DNA from: Octopus bimaculoides
Lineage: Eukaryota
Length of the DNA: 64,000 nucleotides
NCBI RefSeq assembly: GCF_001194135.2
Contig: NC_068987.1
Span: 6,899,154-6,963,153 of the forward strand
Direction of reading: 5' to 3'
The position numbers and the translations under genes were made by a program. Below the pieces are notes generated by a model. It had not been told where the DNA came from. It ran no database searches and saw only the letters and a list, made by a program, of their open reading frames with translations. Below are positions 56,524 through 64,000 of the stretch, piece after piece. Numbering within the stretch: the first letter of the stretch is position 1; each line of letters opens with the position of its first letter.

Positions 56524-57553
56524 TATATATTTATATATGTATATCTATATATAAATGTGTGTGAGAGTGTATATAGGTGTGTGTGTAAGTACGTGTGCGT
56601 ATCACTGTGTTTGTGTGTTTGCATGTGTGAGTTAAACAGAGGTAGCACATATGATGAATTGGTTAAGTGGTTGAAACATTTGAGAAAATATTGAAGACGC
56701 GGCAGTTTATGTACTGGTATGCGATGCTACTGTCACAAGTGCCTTGCATTAGACTACCTTAGAGGTATTTGGAGATTAGAGATAACTTCAATGAATTTAT
56801 TTGGATAATATTGGTAACAAGTCAGGAAATTGTGAGGAGGAAAAATCCTCTTAATGTTGTGGTACTTCTGCAATTTTTTGAAATGCAAGCTAATGCAACT
56901 GAATTATTTTACCAACCACGGAATTGGCTATGAACCAGAATAGGTTTTTGGTAAGTATATATATATATAAATCAGTTTTTAGCGTCCGTGTGTATCATTT
57001 AGAGAAAGAATTAAAGAGAACACTACACTGCACCAAACACATTACATTGCACCTAATACATCTAAATAAACGAAGAGTGTGCTGACAAGGCGCCAACTCC
57101 ATGAAATTAATAAAATTAGGTAGGTGTGAACGAAAGTAAAAACTTCGAAATTTCTTGCGATTATAACTCTAAATAAAAGGAATTTGTGAAACTGTATGCA
57201 ATATGCAAGTTGCCCTATTGCTTAAGGACTTTTCTGCTAAGGTCATATTTTCCTCAGCGAAGTATCTTATTGTTCTTAGGAACGCAAGATTATTCTTGCG
57301 ATTTCTATTCGTCTGCTTCTTTATCTGAATTTTCAAAAATGCTCGTATGTTATAAAAATATAAGTTGTACCAACAAAAAGTGCATTTGAAATCAAAACCA
57401 TAATAGAGGCAATTAAAAGATGATGAATTTCTTTANNNNNNNNNNNNNNNNNNNNNNNNNNNNNNNNNNNNNNNNNNNNNNNNNNNNNNNNNNNNNNNNN
57501 NNNNNNNNNNNNNNNNNNNNNNNNNNNNNNNNNNNNNNNNNNATGTGTGTGTG

Positions 57554-57609
<56 letters not shown>

Positions 57610-58288
57610 TGTACAGAATCCTACAAAAGTTTATTCATTTTAATTATGAAGCTTGTTAACACGTTTAACAAAAGCTGAACGTCACGCAATTTTTCCACAT
57701 ATTTATAAATGCAGTAGCCACACTTATTAAAATGTGTCCGTAATTGACAATGCTGATATTAGTAGATTTTTTTTAATGACATATTCTTTTGTGTGAGAAA
57801 ATAGTTTGCTAACTAGATATGAAGTAAATCAATAAATGAAATGATTCTGAAAAAGAAAACATTGTATATATTCATAACATTTTGTTTATAAACATGCCAG
57901 TAAATGTTGTCTAAGCTAATGATGAAAAAAGGAAAGCTTCTAATGATGAATAAAAAAATAAAAAAAGAAGTGTAATGCTCTTCTGTTCTCATTGGTCTTC
58001 CATAAAGTTTCGAAGAACGAAATACAAATTTATAATTTAGTTTTGGTAGTTATATGATGTGACTGTTTAGCATTGTAATATAACTTCTTAAAAACGATAA
58101 TCGGTGTAGTCTGATTACGACTTCATGATAAGTTGCCTGCGGTATTCTTTTACTGAATAACCATTGACTAAAAACACACGATACCATGAACAAACTGTTT
58201 GTGATATATATTGAATGGATCATAAATAAATATTTTCTCAGAAACAAACATTTTAATACTTATTTTCTCTTTTGTTTTATAATTTTAG

Positions 58289-58379
58289 ACTCAAATTGAT
58301 AGTTTACGAAAATTATGTGTATCACATGGAATAACTGACAGTCAAATTAACCAGTGCCTCTATCAAGAAGAACCAAAAG
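58289..58379 (+). CDS. Hv3: Hv3-like exon: distal coiled coil
   Basis: ttttag|ACT...AAAG|gtaggt, 91 nt (phase 0 to 1). TQIDSLRKLCVSHGITDSQINQCLYQEEPK resembles the end of the Hv coiled coil (human IERLNKLLRQHG). Confidence 0.88.
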
Positions 58380-59347
58380 GTAGGTGCCTAACAGCGTACC
58401 AAATCTTTTTTCTTTCTTTTTTTCTTTCTTTTTCTTCTTGCTTTTCTTATTATTATTAATATTTTATTTTATGATTTTGTTGTTTACAGTTATGCTTGTG
58501 GATGTTTATCTGTTGTTTAAATTATTTATTGAAATTAGTCATTACTCCCTTAGCATCTTCTCTTATTCCTGCTGCTCAGAATATGGGAATATAATTTGCG
58601 CAGTGGTCAGCCGGCGAAGGTTATCGGGTAAGTAACTGAAATGTTTAAGTAATTAGGCTGTGAGTAGTCAATGAATTACTTAAATATTTGACCAATACTT
58701 CCACGTGGTACAACAAAATCAGGCAAACAGAATTAAAACAACAACAACAACAACAATATAGTGATACTAGTGTCAATGATATTATGAATAACAATAATAA
58801 TATTAATATTAATTGTAATAATATTCAATATTATTATCATTATTATTATTACCATAATAATCCTGCATTATGATGATGATTATGATAGCATGTTCTTGTG
58901 GCTATATTAGGCATCATTGTTATTTTGAAAAAATAATGAAAATACCAAAATAATTGACCGGAAAAAGACAGAATGAATAATATTTACGACTCCGTAACCA
59001 TTAGATAACGTAATATGATTTTGATAGAATTATTACTTACAAAGAAGGATAACTAGAGCATTTATCTTATAGAAAAATATAATTTACCAATATAAAAGAT
59101 TACCAAAATCAGATGTATCAGAAACCTCTTTAGCATTGAAAAAGATTTTATTCCTTCAGCAGTTAACCTAAAGATAAGATCTATTCACTTGAAATAGATA
59201 ACAGCCGAACAGACTCTTTAGACGCATCATACCATTTCTGTTTCAAAACAGAAAATGTTAAGTTTTGTAAATTGATTCAAAAATTCAAGAGAGAAGTATA
59301 TAAAAAATGTGAATTTTTGCTATTTTCTCTTATCGTTTTTGTTGCAG

Positions 59348-59358
59348 GTAGTTTTTAA
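59348..59358 (+). CDS. Hv3: Candidate terminal coding exon (G-S-F-stop) of the Hv3-like gene
   Basis: Strong polypyrimidine tract and acceptor (ttttgctattttctcttatcgtttttgttgcag|GT), phase-compatible: G|GT AGT TTT TAA. AATAAA motifs follow near 59595, 59750 and 59992. No homology support; the true last exon could lie elsewhere. Confidence 0.4.
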
Positions 59359-60829
59359 ATATATTTGGTCAAAGCGTTCTATTCTATTCTCCATTTTCCC
59401 CTTCTCCTATCGAACAGTGTGATAAATTCATATGGTATATAACCCTCTACATTACTGAGATCTTGAAAAACAGGATCTTAAACATGAACATACACGTTTA
59501 AATAGAATGTTTGCCAATTTCAAACCCCAGTTTATTTGAACTATGTTAATTCACATATTTGGCCAAAATTTGATTTTAAATAAAGAGAAATTCAAAATAA
59601 ACATAGTTATGATATGAAGAAGAGTGACATATCCAATTAAAGCACTAGACAGTACAATTTTATGTCAGCGTTATCGTTCAAAATTTTAGCTTGTGTTTAG
59701 TTCTCCCTAAAGTGAAGAAACCTTTTAAGGATATAAAATCATATGGCTGGAATAAACTATTCTTAAATCAACTGATTCCCAAATTTTCTTCCATTGAGTC
59801 GCGTAGCATAAAAATATGATAACAACTAAACTCAATATAATCTTGCATTTTGAAATTGTACTATAGGCGTAACTGACATTTACATTCATGCCTTCAAGTT
59901 CTTACATAGATTCATAAATTCAGACAAACTTATATGACACCCTGGGTGAGAGCAGACGAATTTTGGGGATAGGAAAGTATTCTTTGATATAGAATAAATG
60001 CTATCTTAACATAATCTCACAACTACCTGACTATCTAAAAAATAATTGATTATTCTTCTGATTATTTGCATTAAAGAGTACGTTTATCCAGAATTGTTAT
60101 CATACTCAACTCAAACGCGAATCTCCCATGGGGGAATCAAATAAAAGCACAATGAACAACGTTAATAACTGATATTGCTGGGGTAGTCGATTAACGGTAA
60201 TATTTTCTTGAAAAATGACGAGGTTAATTTTATTCTCGAAAGAATAAATACTATCAAAATAACACCACATGGATCTGCTAGATAGGATATGATTTCACCA
60301 GTATCACGGCCCCTAATGTTCCTATCAAGTTTATCATTCAAGCTGACGGCTCTGATGCCATTTTGTCAGCTTGTACCCAGACTGCAAATCCAGCGAGAAC
60401 AGCGATCATAAAAATATACTAATATTCGAGAAGAAATATAAACGATTGGAATATATTCTAAGAGAAATCTTTCAAGAGAAGATTATTTCAATTTTTAAAA
60501 TATCTCTTCAGAAAATACCATGTTTAATTAGGATAATTAAAAGTCTCCAAATCAACTGGTTCCAGTACTGTTTAATGAAATCAGCAGTGAATATTCAAAG
60601 AAATGTAAAGACATTTCAGCTTCGCAAGTGAACGCTTAATTATATGCTCTTTTAACTGAACTGCTGCAAAGAAGCGTTTTCGACATATTGAAGAACTGGA
60701 CAAAAAGCAATACTGTAAAACAAAAATTGCCATCTTGTTAGTTGAAATTTGGAACAAAAGGGGAATCGTAAGTCTGTGAAGAATTATCAGTTATGTGTTA
60801 TAGCTTATAACATGAGTACACAGAAAAAA

Positions 60830-61810
60830 TAATTACACTCCCCAAGAACAAAGAATGAAAAGCTAACTAGAAACGTGTCTGGAGACAGTAATCTGACAAC
60901 AATCGAGTGCAAATTAACTCCTCTCACACAGGAAGATAAAATCTGCCAGCGAAATCTCCGCCTCAGTAGAGAGTAGCTGAAAGAAAGATAATAATGAAAT
61001 TTAACCGAAACCAAACAACGGTTTGTGGTGATATGAGTGGAGAGTGATTTATCGCAGAGAGGCTTCGTATTAGAAACGGGATAAAAAGGTGGAGTGAGAC
61101 AAAGGAGCTTAGTCAAGTTAAAGGATGTCTAGAAAAAAATCCGAAAGAATTATTGTTCCTCTATCAAACTAAAAGCGTACAGCATCAATGTTGAACCTTT
61201 AAGAGTGTAATTTAAAAACATCAGGATAGGAAAGCAAGGAGAACGGGTTTAATTGTCGGGCATCGCTACAAAAGGACTGACATCTTCATGATCTGCACCA
61301 ATAAGCTCTTAATAGATATATAAGTAAACACACCGAACTGATTGGCACTAGCAGGAACAATACAAATATCCCAAACAATACCACTTACATGGCTAAAAAC
61401 TACCGGTCAATTATATTCCAGAATCTTATATATAAAATGTGGACAGAATGCCTGAATCCACTCTTCCATGATCATTGAGATGATATTATAGCTGAATTAA
61501 TATTTTGTTGATATGCTGAATACCTTTTGATTAAGATGGCTGTGATATCAGTTGTGCGATGGCATAGAACGAAATAGTTCAGGCTAGCTGGATTACAGGA
61601 AATATTCGATTCTATTTCTCGCTTGTGGATACTAGAATATGCTCGATTTAAAAAAAGTTCCAGCTAGTAACAAAACCACAGAAAAACCTGGCTTCCTCCG
61701 GAACCACAATTCTAAAGTTGGTTGCTTCTATTGTCACTGAAAAGGGCTAGAAAATTATAGAGTTATATTTCAGGAGGGCAGTCTCTCTGCAATGCTGTAT
61801 ACACACTCAG
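60830..61810 (+). mobile_element. Decayed R4/Dong-like LINE RT region
   Basis: Frameshifted KLLIDI, A(W)..Y.K.FDSISRLWILEY and IFQEGSLSAML resemble DQLLIDK, AWIDY.KAFDS and IFQGDSLSPLL. Confidence 0.55.
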
Positions 61811-62440
61811 TATAAACGGCGCATTTGTATTGATAAGAAATTATAAACATAAGGCAGAAAAATACACCCACATGCAGACCACTCCACAAACATCCACATT
61901 AATACTTATGCACACACATACATGAAAGTTTAAAGTGCTTCACTGCACACATTAGCTATGTAAGCGATACAGTTTCGGATACATAATTTAAGACTCAAAT
62001 GAATCCCAGTTGGAAAATTCCACGCCTTAATTACATCAATTATGCACCGTTTTATAAATTAAATGCAATATTCCCTTTTCCTTTCCCTAATTTGTTGGAA
62101 TTACCTTTCTTTAATACAATAGGTATTATTCATATTTTATTTAATACGTTTAAAATAATACCTTTTATTTTTTTTTACTAATTGATTTGTTATGTCAAAA
62201 TTTATTTTTATTAAACCTTTACTTAGAAATTCAACCAGTTCACAATTCAGCATCGATAACGGATAAAATAAAACAAAACTAAGGATTGCAGCATTGGTTT
62301 TCGATAATAAGATTACCATGTGTCAGATTAAAGTATTCATTTAATTTACATCATGTCTGACATTTGATTGGTTTTGCATTTGTCAGCTTTTAATTCTCCA
62401 TCGAAGCAATCCAAAAGAGAAACCAATTTTTAATCCAACT

Positions 62441-62441
<1 letters not shown>

Positions 62442-62498
<57 letters not shown>

Positions 62499-62503
62499 GT
62501 CTG

Positions 62504-62550
<47 letters not shown>

Positions 62551-62571
62551 GTCTTTCTATCTGTCTATCTG

Positions 62572-62606
<35 letters not shown>

Positions 62607-62610
62607 GTCT
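62442..62610. repeat. (CTAT/CTGT)n microsatellite
   Basis: Direct inspection. Confidence 0.95.
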
Positions 62611-62819
62611 ATCCATCTGCCTTTCAGGCTGTCTGCATATATATANNNNNNNNNNNNNNNNNNNNNNNNNNNNNNNNNNNNNNNNNNNNNNNNNNNNNNN
62701 NNNNNNNNNNNNNNNNNNNNNNNNNNNNNNNNNNNNNNNNNNNNNNNNNNNNNNNNNNNNNNNNNNNNNNNNNNNNNNNNNNNNNNNNNNNNNNNNNNNN
62801 NNNNNNNNNNNNNNNNNNN

Positions 62820-62860
<41 letters not shown>

Positions 62861-62870
62861 CTATGTATGT

Positions 62871-62903
<33 letters not shown>

Positions 62904-63022
62904 GTATGTATATATATATGTATATATATGTACATATATATATATAGGTATATATATATATTATATATAGAAGAGTAAATGTAAGGACAAGTTAAGGAAG
63001 TCGATAAACAAAAAGTATCAAG

Positions 63023-63395
63023 TACATTTAATACAAAAAAATGTCCGACTTACACAGAATGGAAATGATATCAGGAATTAAGGGGGTTGAGTAGAGTTTT
63101 ATGAGTCCAATAGCTGTTTGTGGGTGTTTGGTGGTCCAAAGTATTGCTTGGTCCAAAGTATTATGTATAATCTCCATTCTGTCAACACCGCAATTGTAAA
63201 ATTCTTTCCTGAAGGCGACGGCTAATGGTATCCGATGATGGAATCAAGTTACAACAAATAGTTTGGACCACCAAGCCCCCAGAAAGAGATGCTGGACTCG
63301 TAGAACTTCTACTCAACCCCCTTTAATTCCTGATATCTGTGTAAGTCGGACTTTTTTCATATGTATACGTATGTACATTTTTTGTATTAAATGTA
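63023..63395. mobile_element. Fold-back MITE with ~110-bp imperfect TIRs
   Basis: GTCCGACTTACACAGA...ATATCAGGAATTAAGGGGGTTGAGTAGA...GGTGGTCCAAA on the left pairs with its reverse complement at about 63262-63356; outer TACATTTAATACAAAAAA pairs with 63378-63395. Confidence 0.8.
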
Positions 63396-63514
63396 TTTAA
63401 TAATTTTTGTATATCTACTTGCTTAACTTACCTGTCTCTATATTTAGTCCTCTACCTGCTCAAGTTCAAATCTCTTGCGCACTACGAAGAGTATTCTATA
63501 CAGAGAACACCTGT

Positions 63515-63554
<40 letters not shown>

Positions 63555-63678
63555 NNNNNNNNNNNNNNNNNNNNNNNNNNNNNNNNNNNNNNNNNNNNNN
63601 NNNNNNNNNNNNNNNNNNNNNNNNNNNNNNNNNNNNNNNNNNNNNNNNNNNNNNNNNNNNNNNNNNNNNNNNNNNNNN

Positions 63679-63719
<41 letters not shown>

Positions 63720-64000
63720 GCATGCATATATGGTTGTGTGTAAGTAAGTAGAGGAAGAGAGAAAATTGTTAAATTAGAAATAAATTAATATGATACCGAT
63801 TTAGGATTTATAGAGGAATATGAATATTGCCTTAACATGAACAATTACACCATGAAATCAGTACTGTATATTATATATTCAGAGTTAAACAATGCGATTC
63901 TGAAATTAGATTATCTAATAACTGAAACTAAGTGTTATAGGTCTAACAAGTATTTTATTTTATTACTTGAATTAACGTTTCTTTTAGTGCATTATTATTC

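Overview
AT-rich, microsatellite-dense eukaryotic genomic DNA with 11 N gaps. The SINE content and the gaps at (TA)n tracts suggest a coleoid cephalopod, probably Octopus (inference). One large intron-rich + strand gene runs through the window. Seven coding exons (21993-22114, 42747-42871, 50295-50617, 53499-53552, 55417-55555, 55816-55931, 58289-58379) splice in frame through GT-AG junctions, and a short terminal exon is possible at 59348-59358. The product is a four-helix voltage-sensor-only protein of the voltage-gated proton channel (Hv) family. It keeps the selectivity Asp in S1, but S4 reads LPWRVIRVVN and lacks the first Arg, the hallmark of molluscan Hv3-type leaky proton channels. Unusual points: a ~95-aa extracellular S1-S2 loop with two N-glycosylation sequons and a furin-type RSRR|AA site, and apparent loss of the S2 counter-charge (E153-equivalent = Gly) and gating Phe (F150-equivalent = Leu). 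The start-codon exon was not found. The rest is intronic or intergenic repeat: many copies of a ~215-bp tRNA-derived SINE (dimers, a trimer, one inverted SINE+flank duplication), hAT and other MITEs, an internally deleted Tc1 element, and decayed Penelope, R4/Dong LINE and piggyBac fragments. No rRNA, true tRNA or CRISPR was seen.
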